This document shows positions 38,501 to 49,269 of a stretch of 64,000 nucleotides of DNA, one piece after another. The position numbers were made by a program, and so were the translations under genes. Below the pieces are notes generated by a model that saw only the letters and a program-made list of their open reading frames with translations, ran no database searches and was not told where the DNA came from. Source of the stretch: Phoronis australis (lineage: Eukaryota > Animalia > Phoronida). The stretch covers positions 62,001 through 126,000 of the forward strand of contig NMRA01000380.1 in the NCBI GenBank assembly GCA_002633005.1, in the 5' to 3' direction. The stretch's first letter is position 1. Each line of letters starts with the position of its first letter.

Positions 38501-41500
38501 AAAAGCCTACTGCTCCTTTATTTGAACAGGATCTATTACGCACAACCTCTGTCCACAGCATGTGATTTGCATAACCCATATGCTATATAATGAAAACACA
38601 AGACGTTTTCCATCTGGTAAGAACCTCTCATTCACACGGCGTTTGAGTAAAACCGACGAATCGCGACGTGCTGACCTGAAACCTGGACAGGCGGAATTTA
38701 TTACCTATGTGTTACAACAGTAATCTCAAGATGCTAGCAACGTTCATGACTTCGCAGCATTATGAAGCTACACACGGGTATTTCTCGTGCCACTGGTTGT
38801 CCATCGTCACGGGGATTTTTACAGACAAATTTAGGCTTCCTTTGCCTGAGACTTTAGTGCAATGCATTTTTACTAGGTTCGCCTCGGACTGGCAAAAATG
38901 CTAACACAGGTTTTAACCAAACAGACGAGCTGTCGACAGACGAGATTTCCGTGGGTGTTTACTTCAGCAGTGTGTTTCCACTCCACCCGAGTAGCTATTA
39001 AGCGAAAGTCATGGATGCCAAACCGCGTTCATTCTCTGCGAATATGCGTCCTTTAGACTACAAAAGTGCTATCGAAAATACCAGTTGATCGGAGGAGTCT
39101 TAAACTGTCAGGACGACGCCAGCAAAAGAGACCCTTGCGACCCTTCACCGATATTACTGGATATTACTGGCGTTTTTGAGGCTAGCGAAAATGCTGTCAA
39201 CAACGATTCACATGCTTTTGAAAGTGGTATTCTTGAAACCCGTTTCACAGTGATATAACGTACAGCACTGGATAAAACGCTAGGTTGTGTTTTCGCTTGC
39301 ACTATCGGTAAAAACAAACACGGCAGTACATGAATGTGAGCGATCGCAATGGTCACTTTTGCTGGCGCATAGTTTTGAGTTACCCCGAAACTACTGGTAT
39401 TTTCGCTGTCACTGTTGATGCCAGAACGCCACTTCAAATGACAGACATCTGCAAGGGTAAGAGGACCTTGTTCAATCGCCACATCAACCAAAGTGAACGT
39501 GTTTAGACAACAATCCCAGTAATAATTAGTGCAACGTAATGTACAGACACTGTACATATGTAATTTTCACTCAACAGCTATCCTGTTTGTGAGGAAACAA
39601 ACTAGCTGCTGGCGAAAATTGCGTACACCTTTGCGGACAGCTTATCTGTTTGGCTAAATTCCTAGCGTTTTTGATAGCGTTTTAGATGTCGCAAGTAAAA
39701 CTGCTGGTGTTTTTGCCCCTGGCATGATCCTAATATAACAAGATTAATCACAAAAGTGTGGCTGAAAAAATTAATCTTGTGTCTTGGCTCCACAGATAGA
39801 TCACAGATCATCATGGCACCACGTGGTTTTGAAGTATGACGGTAGTAAACTGTTCCTTTACTTGGATGGCAATCTTGTCGGTTATAATTCAGCTTCAGGT
39901 GAGTAGAAACGGTTAGTTTGGCGGATAAAGGTAATCTCATCTATAGTGGAGTTATGGAGCAACGCTTAGAAACAACTTACTATTATGGCCGAGATACGCC
40001 CCTGTCCAAAATCATTTAAAAGTAAACTCATAGAGAGCTAGATGTAGTAGAATGTTGCCGTATACACGTGGCAAAGCAATCGTGTGCATTTAAAGCAATT
40101 AAATTCTGAGATAAACGTATATATCAGGGGTGGTCATTAACAAATACGTCAGCTTAGGCTCCAGGTAAAGTGCCGATGTGATTAAATATACCTTTTGCTA
40201 GTTGACCATTGAATATTTGATGGACCGCGATTAGCGATTTTGATGGTGGTCAAGGTAGTGGGCATCCCAGCATTTCTATGAATTCCAGTGGCGGATTTGG
40301 GGGACAAGGGGGCATTCGGCATTTCGGAGGTGTGAATGTCTGGTGGTCAAAATCCTGGCTAATACTCTGCCCTACGCCTCAACTCAAAATCCTGGATCCG
40401 CATCTGAATTCTATCTAGTCATTATGCCATTGAACTTCAACTGAAGTATGTTACAATTTCCCAATGATTTTTACAAGAATATGCGACGTCTCGAAATGTC
40501 CATGACTGGAGGAATGAGGGTTCTGTCTGTGATTGTTAACTGTCTTGCACACCAGAAATTGGGTCAAGCGACATTCCCTTTTGTACCAACACAATGATAG
40601 ACTGTTGTTTGGAATTGTTGAATCTTCGAGTTTTGAGGGTGTTGAAGGAGCGACTGGAAGGTTGAAAGGCCCATTTTCTAAATGCTGGTGTCATGGGACT
40701 ATGTAACTGCTCAAGTTTCAAAACCTCAAAATATATTTCCACCATCTCACATCTGACTTATCTGAGCTGCACACTGTCCCCAGAACATTCCAAATCTAGC
40801 CCAAGTTAACAGGCCTACTAAAACCTGTTTTGCAATTTTAACGGATATTAACAACGACCCCCCACCCAGGTCGAAAAACAAAATTATGCTCTATAACACT
40901 TGCCTATCATCTAAAGCTTGTAACAAGTTTTGAAACCTCCTTCGAGAGTCTGTTTAACCTACACTTTAGACGAGTTACACAACTGTAGGGAAATTCCACT
41001 CTGCAAGAACCATTACAACCGTTCTGCGACACAGAGGGTAATTGTTTTAGCAGAATCCTGATTCTTCCATATAGCATATTCGCTTGTTTAGTATGACGTC
41101 ATTTTGAAGTTTTGGACACAGTCAAATTAATTTCAGGTTTCAAATTTAAAAACAGTAATAATAGTAATGATATTGATAATGTTAATGGTAACTTCACGTA
41201 ACGCTCAAAATTACTAATCACTTCGATAATTGTTACCTGGCTATGGACCAGGCCACTCTTAATCCGTCTCAACTCCCCTGGATCATACAATGGGTGCACC
41301 GATGTCGGAGCACACATAATTTTGTAAATTTGCTGAATTGTCACGGAACCGTGGTTACATGAGTCTGAAAAAAATCAAGACCTTCATCATTTTTAGAAAT
41401 GTTACGTGACCGTGCATTTCTGTTCGTCTTGGTGGGTCCAAATTGCGTGAAAGTATGGCATATACGTCATCACTAAACATCTGAATAGAAATGCACCAAC

Positions 41501-42159
41501 GCAACATGTCTCCAACGAAATGTGTCTCCAACGCAATATGTCTCTAACGCAACATGTATCGAAAGCACCGTGTCTCTGCATTGCTACGTGTGCTTTATAT
41601 TTTCATGTTATTAATCAGGGAACATCAAACAGTATCCTGCTCCACTGCAAATCTCTACTGCGTTCTGCGAAGGCGGAGAAGAGCTCCAGTGGTATGTCGA
41701 TGAGGTAAGCTCTTAATCATTCAGTAAGATGCGAGTACTCCGAGAGTTAGATAGTCGGATAATAGTAAAGAAAACCTTTAGGAAAAAGGAGGAATAAAAC
41801 ATTAACTAGATATCTTTCTCCTCAAAACCATGACAAGGTTCAGACCAATTTGCTAGCCACGTTGCCTCCTTTCGATTTTATTCATGGTCAAATGTATTGG
41901 AGCACGTGTTCATGTACACCATGTCTTGTGTCCACCCTCAAATCATTTTGGAGTAATACGCCAATACCGTAATGGTCTCGTGCACAGTGTTGTTAATTTT
42001 GACGACTTGGTGCTTCTAGTAGGCATGTTACAGGTTAGTTGTATTCATAACTATTTTGCGTGTTTGCAGGTGAAAGTTTTCAAGTGTGCCTTGAGTGAAT
42101 CAAAGATCCAAGAAATCCACGATGCGGGACGTGAGGGATCAACAACAATTTCTCGTTAA
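11535..42159 (+). CDS. Gene A: secreted Pif/BMSP-like protein; signal peptide + 29 EB/EGF-like modules + chitin-binding type-2 domain + Cys-rich domain + Pro/Thr linker + LamG3 (ConA-like) domain; about 1522 aa if all exons are included
   Basis: Manual GT-AG model with consistent phases. Exons: 11535-11577, 12818-12868; EB exons 13765-13869, 14210-14326, 14650-14766, 14902-15018, 15307-15426, 16232-16348, 16904-17023, 17857-17973, 18526-18645, 19482-19598, 20249-20365, 20635-20754, 21380-21499, 22630-22746, 23527-23646, 24104-24223, 24634-24753, 24880-24999, 25353-25472, 25659-25775, 26710-26826, 28925-29044, 29662-29781, 30124-30243, 30429-30545, 31549-31668, 31786-31902, 32797-32913, 33632-33772; then 34270-34476, 35154-35363, 36696-36938, 37642-37730, 39796-39898, 41619-41704, 42070-42159 (TAA). 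The total is 4569 nt and stays open throughout. The family call comes from motif recognition, not a database search. Confidence 0.85.
12234..12439 (+). repeat. Tandem duplication, unit about 108 bp, in gene A intron
   Basis: gagtattta...caaatggaaagtttgtgga...ctgcctatcaaaacaaa...gttgcaatgtcca occurs twice. Confidence 0.8.
12818..12868 (+). CDS. Gene A 51-nt exon (GAPRNLRGYDCANDFRC)
   Basis: tttgtag acceptor, gtaagt donor, phase 1-1. Same length (51 nt) and DC..C pattern as gene B exon 49925-49975. Confidence 0.7.
13765..33772 (+). CDS. Gene A array of 29 EB/EGF-like module exons (typical spacing C-x6-C-x5/6-C-x4-C-x-C-x10/11-C)
   Basis: Each exon (105-141 nt, mostly 117 or 120) encodes one 6-Cys module such as KDEVPCSQGGTKCGPHAVCKNGACVCVSGYIMVDGKCE. 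All are flanked by AG/GT and are phase 1-1. Many appear in the ORF track (13686, 14188, 14787, 21334, 23466, 25310, 26700, 30081, 30377, 31719, 32787, 33550). Confidence 0.9.
16479..16593 (+). pseudogene. Dead EB pseudo-exon 1 (copy of the 14902-type exon)
   Basis: Normal acceptor lost, Cys1 changed to Ser and Cys2 to Tyr, in-frame TAA/frameshift, donor GT changed to GC. Confidence 0.8.
18102..18217 (+). pseudogene. Dead EB pseudo-exon 2
   Basis: Same lesions as 16479 (CCAAGC, AACTAT, GATTAA) plus TGT changed to TGA; the donor gtatgt is retained. Confidence 0.8.
19739..19852 (+). pseudogene. Dead EB pseudo-exon 3
   Basis: Shares the AACTAT and TAA lesions and the lost acceptor; keeps Cys1 and the gtaagt donor. 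Confidence 0.8.
22406..22557. mobile_element. MITE, GC-rich TIR family 1, 5-bp TSD GCATG
   Basis: cagcggcagattt...aatccgcccctg flanked by gcatg on both sides; the interior is the reverse complement of the 51782 element. Confidence 0.75.
26476..26595 (+). pseudogene. EB pseudo-exon 4 (intact twin at 31549-31668)
   Basis: The frame is open, but Cys1 is Arg (CGC), Cys4 is Ser (TCC) and the donor is mutated to ataagt. Confidence 0.75.
28254..28366 (+). pseudogene. Highly decayed EB pseudo-exon 5
   Basis: Residual KTCKDGGGDCDHTA and catggttgac...aaatgtac ending resemble the module consensus. Confidence 0.45.
28697..28787 (+). pseudogene. Truncated pseudo-exon 6 (copy of terminal EB exon 33632-33772)
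   Basis: IDEVPCAQGGRK*GEHATCDQTSSKC**; acceptor ttccat instead of ttccag; similarity ends mid-exon. Confidence 0.85.
29463..29566 (+). pseudogene. EB pseudo-exon 7 (intact twin at 24634-24753)
   Basis: Internal deletion removes GGSLCQD, the acceptor is lost and the donor is mutated to atacgt. Confidence 0.8.
31760..33090 (+). repeat. Nested duplication about 1 kb apart, giving EB exons 31786 and 32797
   Basis: Near-identical EDEVPCASGGSKCGPH/EGEVPCASGGSKCGPH exons, each followed by a similar intron (gatcacgtgctcttgtttcaa...); a partial third intron copy lies at about 32610-32755. Confidence 0.75.
34270..34476 (+). CDS. Gene A chitin-binding type-2 (peritrophin-A/CBM14-like) domain exon
   Basis: EYCTKCINIRNGPNHYADPLDCSSYYQCSGSTGNVTAYHRHCPDCTYWNQALLACVHLQSAQCP contains the DPxDCxxYYxC...CPxxxxWxxxxxxC motif; ttcag/gtacgt splice sites. 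Confidence 0.85.
35154..35363 (+). CDS. Gene A Cys-rich (divergent chitin-binding-like) domain plus Pro/Thr linker exon
   Basis: KFPVDYSCCCYKQCKAFSSEDMCCAGNGLGFSFSDQACVSNGCNDVCKPRVTQKPTYKPGPTPPTIPE; tacag/gtaagc sites; paralogous to 56516-56728. Confidence 0.8.
36696..42159 (+). CDS. Gene A LamG3/concanavalin-A-like domain (5 exons)
   Basis: Motifs AAYFKGFSTVEIPVFNNYYWGDRVTVSFWYK, LVSNGDC, SWHHVVLKYDGSKLFLYLDG, PLQI, YVDEVKVFKCAL. Exons 36696-36938, 37642-37730, 39796-39898, 41619-41704, 42070-42159. Confidence 0.85.
37765..38245 (+). mobile_element. LINE 3' remnant (CR1/L2-group-like) in a gene A intron
   Basis: SPNCKCGDHQSYPHIFFKCPLIESLRDSLF...LLLNGSPNL has the CxC..H....C knuckle typical of non-LTR ORF2 ends, followed by an AT-rich tail with AATAAA. 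Confidence 0.6.
38337..38406. mobile_element. About 70-bp MITE, family 2
   Basis: catgggtggcgca...tgcgccgcccatg inverted ends; second copy at 48290-48357. Confidence 0.65.
40286..40406. mobile_element. MITE family 1, 5-bp TSD AATTC
   Basis: cagtggcggattt...aactcaaaatcctggatccgcatctg flanked by aattc on both sides. Confidence 0.75.
41496..41575 (+). repeat. Minisatellite, 5 x 16 bp (CCAACGCAACATGTCT)
   Basis: ccaacgcaacatgtct/ccaacgaaatgtgtct/ccaacgcaatatgtct/ctaacgcaacatgtat/cgaaagcaccgtgtct. Confidence 0.7.
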
Positions 42160-42532
42160 TCACTAGAACATTCCAAACTTTCACGGATGGTTTAATTCTT
42201 CGGTGCATTTTTTACTTTTTAACGCCGTGTTGATTTCGTCTCCAATACCGTTCATGCAATGTTCATAAGAGGTTCAGGACACATTTTTTATTCCACGGGT
42301 TGGGAAAAGGTCTATGTCGTTTTTAAAGGAAGGGTGCTGGATTTTGGTGTTAACGTCTGGGCATTGCTTCGCATTAGCCATTGTTTGGTGACATAAATCG
42401 ACAACTACGATTGTCTAGCATTACCTTTGCTGTGGTGCCATGTTGTTTTGGAGGACTGGTGTTCTGGTATTGTTAGTTTCTGTTGAAATGGTAATGGAGA
42501 TAACGTCGACAATGCTGAACAATTGATGCCGG

Positions 42533-42538
42533 AATAAA
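42533..42538 (+). promoter_or_regulatory. Candidate polyadenylation signal of gene A
   Basis: AATAAA about 370 nt after the stop codon. Confidence 0.35.
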
Positions 42539-43225
42539 GTAACTGAACGAAGACGTCGAGTTGTTGATATGTTTTATATCTTTGTCAGACAATGACATAC
42601 ACCCTTTCACAAAGCTCACTCTACTCAGCCCACACGCAGTTTTTACCTAATTTTAGTTGTGGCAAATTACAAAATGTCACTTGCCGTGACAATTGCATGA
42701 AGCCGGTGCCGGTGCTGGCAGCAGGCAGTAGGCCACATAGCCTGTATAAAGCAAGTTGCAACATTTCCCCAAAGATGTTTTAATATACGAACGTTACTAC
42801 GCGTGTTATCTAATCGTTTGCAGCCACGACGGTTTCACCGATGTTTTGACAACTTGACCCAGACAAGGAAAGAACTCACAGCTCAGTTTTTGAGTATGCT
42901 TACGTAAAGATCAGTACAAGTCTTTATTCCTCAGTTGCCTTATGCAGGGCATGATGTCATCCTGGCAACTTGTCGGCTAGTTGGAACTGGAGTCAATTTA
43001 TCACATAGGTCGAAAACTTATATCTTGTTCTTTCAAATGGTCTATCAAAGAGATACATGTAAGACACTCACGCACTCTGTCAAAACCAACCGTTGATTTA
43101 GGCCTCTTGCTGTAGTAAATAAATCGTGTTTATTTCTCAGATGCGAAATAATTTCTAGGCTTGCAAAAGTCGCCATTCCTTCAAACCGAGCGTCAACACA
43201 ATGTGACATTGAATATGTCCCGTAT

Positions 43226-43372
43226 AGTAAGGCTGGAACCTCGCTAAAAGTAAGACTTCGCGAGATTATTACGTGAGATATTGCAGTGTTTTTTAAATGA
43301 AAACAAGTGACTTTGGCCAGATTTTAGCTAGGTTCTAGCGTAGGTCCCATCGTTACTGAACGCACGCCTGGC
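43226..43372 (+). repeat. Dispersed repeat; first copy at 5263-5415
   Basis: Aligns by eye over about 145 nt. Confidence 0.75.
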
Positions 43373-45187
43373 AGACATAGCACATTTACTTCCGGCAAGT
43401 ACGTCGTCTGCTAATCTTGGTTGGAAGGTGTGTGGTCGGGTAGCATTGCCAACAGTTGTACTATTGGAAGATTTTGAACAGCGTTTAAATGCCGAAAATA
43501 TTGTTGTTGTACTGGATAGTAGATGCAAGATTGTTCGTCACAATACAATAACCGGAAGCCGATTTTGCTATGTTCAGAGGGTTGCACGTCCTTTAGGATA
43601 TTTCGGAACAAAATCTTGGGGTTCATGCCTCTTTAAATCTGAAAAGGGGCTTATTTTTCAAATGGTAACCGCGTGAATAAAATCTATGCATAACGTTATC
43701 AAATTACTGACACTAACGCAAGGTTAATCTTGCTTCGTCATTGTTGCAATGTCACATGTGTGGTGCTGTTCACGTCGCTGGTCAAACCATAATTCCGTGG
43801 GGTTTTGTGTGAATGTTAGCAAAGGAAACCAAATATATCCTGCTTATTCCTTGGTTGTTGCCCCGCTTTGCCAATGTGAACTTTAACAGATACTCTGAAA
43901 ATCTCAATTACAACAAAATACTATTGATGAGGCGCTTTGTTAGAAATAAAAATACGTGTTGTTCACTCATAACTGAACCCTTAATAGTGGCGACAAATTA
44001 AATTTTGAAAGTCTTCAATAGCAAGTAAAATACGAAATACACACAAAATGTATACGGATATCAAAATTCACAGATCTGCGTGTCTAAAATGGCGCAAAAA
44101 GCAGACATGTAATTAATTCCAGTTACAAAAGTTCTCAAGTGGGGTCGCTTGTACATAGTCTTTCCCATCATGCACAGAATACATTGATTGCAAAAAACAC
44201 TGGAAATGTTGCCATTATTTAAAAAGTAACCGGAATTGTAATTACAATTTTGGACCCCAAAAAAGCACAGTACTCGTAACTTCAATAAATGTGATTTTTT
44301 TTTAAATTTAAGTTTCTTTTTAGCTCTAACAAGACATAAATGTGCTGTCAAATGTTTTTGAAAATCTTTTTTTACCAAAATTCCATCCAAAGTTATATTG
44401 TTCTTTTATCCGATATTTCCCTTTACATGGAAACCCGCGTCTGGCGGAAGAGTTTGGCCAAAAATGTTTGAGGCATAAGGCGGTTTCTGATGTGCTGGGT
44501 CGTGAGCTATGCTCTGGTATCTATCAATAGTATCAACCCTGGGGGGTGCGCAGAATTGATAAGTACATCATCTTTCCGCATCTGGCTCCAAAACTAACGA
44601 GTGAGCTCGCGGACTAGAATAGTCTACCCCGTGAAAGAACCAGCCTTCCGTTTCGCGAACAGTCTCGCTCTGGCCGATCGTTTCTGTTGTCGATCGTCGA
44701 GCGCGAGATAGACAACACCACCTGACGTTGTCCTGAACGCTCTTTGCTCATATTCATTATCTCAGAACCTGGACCGTGAATATAGGATGGTGCCCAGGCA
44801 AGTTGTTGCTTTTTTCTTTCTTTTACTAATAAAACATCTCTGGTTACCTTGAGCCATTAACAACCATGTTTGCAGTGGAGAAGTGACGTAGTCGTTTAAA
44901 AAACGTTGTGGCATGTAAATTTGACACCATTAACAAAATGTTATCTGCGAATTGAAATGAGATTTTAGTAACACACTGGTTTTACGCAATAGTTTGTGTG
45001 TTTTCACTGGACGCGAGGGCCATGCAAATGAATAAAAAACATGTGGTCCAGGAAAGATTTTCGGTTGGGTCGGCTACGTCACTTAACCATTGTTGCAAGC
45101 ATAGTTAAAATATGTTTAACATTTCCGATATGCAATGCTTTAAGGGGCTTGGCAGATCCCCCACGAATGAAAAATGGAGTGGGTCAG

Positions 45188-45625
45188 GTTTGTTAGCATC
45201 CGTCTGTCTCGAGAGACAATTGGTGTGCTCCCTTTTTCAGTCATTGGTTGGATTTTAACGTTGCCTGTGCCTAAAAAATCTGATCCTTCTGGATCTGCAG
45301 GTTCTGTTGCAGTTGTCACATGTGTATTCTTGGTCCTGATCATGAGGAGCATAATATGCTGCCCTCTGACGCCTGTTTCATTGATCTAGTGCCTGTTGTT
45401 CTTCTCCTTTTTGCTCACTCGTTTTAATGCACCACTTGAAAGTCGACCCCCTCCGGATGCAATAGGAGTCAACAGCTTCCCATTCTTCTACGCAAAAAGT
45501 GAATCATGAGACTTCCTGCCGGTTGGGTTCCATTTGCAAGCTCTCCATAAAATATGACCTTTCGCATTGTTCCATCGTTCATGTGCCTCACGTGGCCAGG
45601 CCGCTCTAGATAACCTAGACTCGTA
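45188..45625 (-). mobile_element. RTE-type LINE 3' fragment
   Basis: The minus strand encodes GHVRHMNDGTMRKVIFYGELANGTQPAG, then a zinc-finger-like YTCDNCNRTCRSR..H, and ends with ATTGTCTCTCGAGACAGACGGATGCTAACAAAC, which resembles RTE 3' ends. Confidence 0.75.
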
Positions 45626-48289
45626 TCAAGCGAGGTTCGGGTTTTCGAACGAATCCCCCTCCCGTGGAAAAGATCTAGCCTCGGCCAATCCGTTAAAGAT
45701 GGGATATAGATGGACAACAACAAAAAAATTGTTGCAGCTACTGTTGTTACTGGTCTATGGTTGGTGCACCAACGGAGGGATGGGCGGATATAGACCCTCA
45801 AGTTTTTCCGAGCTCCTCGGCCCATGAACTACCGCATTTTCTTGCACTAAAAAAACCCTACGAGCGTGTTCATATTATTAGGGAAAAGTAGATGTAGACC
45901 TACATGTAATAAAAATTGGCCAATGAATAAAGTCTTCTCTTGTCAATCAGCGCCAATGGCGCACAGCCTCGCAAGCGTCATACCAGCAACAAAATTGATG
46001 GAAAAGATTTTCAAGGTGATACATGTACATGTATGTCCCTATTCCGAAAGTTCACTGCTCCAAAACTCCGAAGTTACCCCGAAGGTTTGTTACCTTCGAA
46101 AGTTCACAACTTCGAATGTCCCCACTTCCTAAACCAGAACTCCTACAGTTCATTACTCTGATTGTCTGCTAATGAGTCGGAACTTACATGGTAAAAGTGT
46201 TGTATTTGTGTCCATTTCGTAACTATTTAAAAGATGTGCAAATGTTGAATAGTTCTTAAAACTTTGATTACACTGTTGACAAATGAGCTCAGTTCCAGTC
46301 ACTGACAATCGTGAATCTTGAATACAACCAGCAACTCAGTCTTAAGCAAGGATACCATCGGGTCAAGATATCAGCGACTAGTAGCGGTGGTTTTAAATTT
46401 AAGAAGACTGAGTGGGACTCTCCGACTTCGTGAAGACTGGCGGGGACAGGGTAACCTACTAACTACATTTATTTTCGACCTGGCCATGTCGATCATTCTC
46501 CGATCAAATATTTCCGTCCCAGTATGTAATGAAGTGTAATCACTCATTTAAGGACGCCCAGTTTGAAAGTGTAGCGGGGGGTAACGCGGGAACGTTCTCT
46601 TCCTAGCTGGACCACATTACATCCGAATTTCGGTCCCGTTCTTTGTGAACAGCCGTCAGGGCATCCTTGTTCCTGGTATTACGAATTCCGTCTGATCTTG
46701 GGAACCTAGAGCTGAGAGTCGGCCTTGTGTATACAGATTTCCCTCCTCCCTCCCAAGCTAAGCTTCGTCAAAGGCCTTTTCGAAAACTATACAGCGCTGA
46801 CGTTTGCAAAATATCAAAAGTCCATCGTACTAGAAATTCGAACCACCCTCGCGCTATGCTGGCTAAGGGCCTGTAACCATTGCGTACATATATTAGGCAG
46901 TCCCGCCTGGGTTAGAACTTTGTTGTTGTAGACGTGATCTTGACACTTGTTGCCGAATATCCTTCTCCGGCAGCCCATATGAAAAGGTTGAGTCTGTGCT
47001 CTTGACCGATGTTCACGTATAGGAGAGTGATGGGAACACAAGCCTGGTAGACCTGGTGTTGGTGGTCGGCATACGATTTTCTTTGACCTCTTCTGTTGGG
47101 CAAACCAATGCTGAGGCCACTTTGCCGATCCGGAGTTGACTTCACTGTCCAGAGAAAGATTGCTGGTGAGGGTAGAACCTCAAGAACCACGCCCAAACTC
47201 ATACTGGCTTTGCATTATTGTCTGGGAAATACATGTAAATGTTTAAAAAGCCTTAATAGCAGCATGATCAGAAAAGACCATCTCTCTAATCAGTAGTCGC
47301 CGCACTTTGGTCTTTGAACGAAGGCAGGCAAGGTTAAAGAGAATTCCGTGGCTTCGAGTGCCAAAGGTATATTATAGGAGTAGGGAGAAGAAAGTGACGA
47401 AGAATGTAGGGGAGAAAACCCATCGAGTGTGCTTTGTGAAAGTTACGACTTTTTTCACGAGTATTAAGACAGGGTGTGTATAAGGGTTTTTGTTGCCCCA
47501 GACCAGTGATAACCTCGAGATCTGCCATTCAATATGTCATTTGCCCAAATTCACATGGTCTACATGGTATGCAGTTGTTGCGCTCTTTTTTGATTTTAGT
47601 TTAACACTATAAAAAACTTGCCACGGAGAATCTAAAAACTAAAGCAATAGGCGTTAACTCAACGTTCTCGGTGCGTCTAAACAGCATGTCTTGCGCTTTT
47701 TATTTAAAAATATGCATGCGAAATATTTACTCCAGTTTGAAGTTTGCGATTTTGAATTGACGTCTTTAGCGGGGAGCATATTCGTGGGGGTGTTAACCTA
47801 AAATATACCGTGACGTTGTTAACAAGTCGTAAACAAAGGCAAGTCATTGTTTGGCTTCCAAGAAGACGTCAACACTTGGGTGGACAGGTTTCGTGACATT
47901 TTGCTCTCATTAATCACGAAATACGTAAATCAGTTTTGACTCACGCATCGTGCACTTGATGATTAATGCACGAGAAGTTGACCGCTGCAAGGACCATTTT
48001 ACAGAGGTATTTGCACGTCTCGCGTCATTGGCAATAAAGAGTGTTTCCTTAACACGGGCTAAAGGGTAAAATGAAACTGTGGAGGGCACACACCTCAATG
48101 CGTTGGCTTCAACTCTCGGCATTGAGTTCAGTTTATAACACAACAACAAGGCAAGGCAGATCCGATGACTAAAAATGTTTATCAGTGCCCAAAACAGCAA
48201 TGGTGGTTATGGGGCTTAGTGCATAATTGTCAAAGTGCTCCTTCATTGAGTGGAAAATTCCATCTCGCGACGCTGAATTCCGGGTATGA

Positions 48290-48357
48290 CATGGGCGGCG
48301 CACTATGGGGGGCTGGGTGCTATAGCCCCCACTTTTTTCACTGCTGCTCCGCCCATG
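48290..48357. mobile_element. About 68-bp MITE, family 2
   Basis: catgggcggcgca...tgctccgcccatg; flanks tatga/tacga (5-bp TSD with one mismatch). Confidence 0.65.
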
Positions 48358-49225
48358 TACGACCCCTTTATTCCGAGTTACATGTACTGCTGGAGTTACA
48401 TGTAAATCCTTGAAACACAATTGTACTATACATTTTACTCTTGTCAAACCTAAACACGACCTACGTAGTTAAAACAACTGCTTGTGAAGTCTGCTGTCTA
48501 CAGTCGTGAGTTATGCTCCGGACGAGTAGGTTGTAATGAGGAAAATTACTAAAACAAGGTAAGATTCCTTTAAAATGATTTGTGAGTGGAGCCTATCCTG
48601 AGACAAAATTTCTTGTTTGGAGGCACGGGCACTGCTACGTTCCGGCATTTCTATTCTAACGCTATTTAAATTGGAATCAAGAACAATGAGTTTTCAAAGC
48701 CTATTTTCGTGTCAAAGGAAATTTACAAAAATTCTTTACGAGTGTGCAAAAAGTACAAAATGGAATTTGCAACATGTTGCTTTGTTAATTCACTCTCCAT
48801 TAGGTCATAAAACAGAGCAGGTGTTCATTAAAAGCTAAATTTTAGGCAAGATGAATAAAATTTTCCTACTCTGACACATCTGTATAGGTCATCCGTACCA
48901 GTCGTCCAAAGTAACTGTTTGTATTCACTCATAACATTAACGGATATGTGAAGTATTAGAAAATGTTATGCCAAACTTACAACTTGTCGCTGCATTAAAG
49001 TTATTAATTGGTGTAAAGTGTCAGAAACTATGCTAATCTTCGTATTAATCTTTACATACAGTAAACGAAACCCATTAGCAAAACATGAGCACCGCTGTCG
49101 CCCGTCTGTAAATTATCTTTAGATTAATTTAAATGGTAAGCTTCCAAAAACGTTTAATGACATTTGAATGATTATTAATCGTAAATTATTGCTCAGTTGT
49201 AAACAACTCTGTCTACCACCAGACG

Positions 49226-49234
49226 TATATATAG
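49226..49234 (+). promoter_or_regulatory. Candidate TATA box of gene B
   Basis: TATATATAG about 40 nt upstream of the predicted ATG and the first donor (gtaaga at 49281). Confidence 0.45.
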
Positions 49235-49269
49235 CTTAAATCTGGGCAACCTGTTCACATTTCCACTTG

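Noticed and set aside
39108-39557. 149-aa minus-strand ORF in a gene A intron
   Set aside because: No recognisable motif or splice context; probably chance or a decayed repeat.
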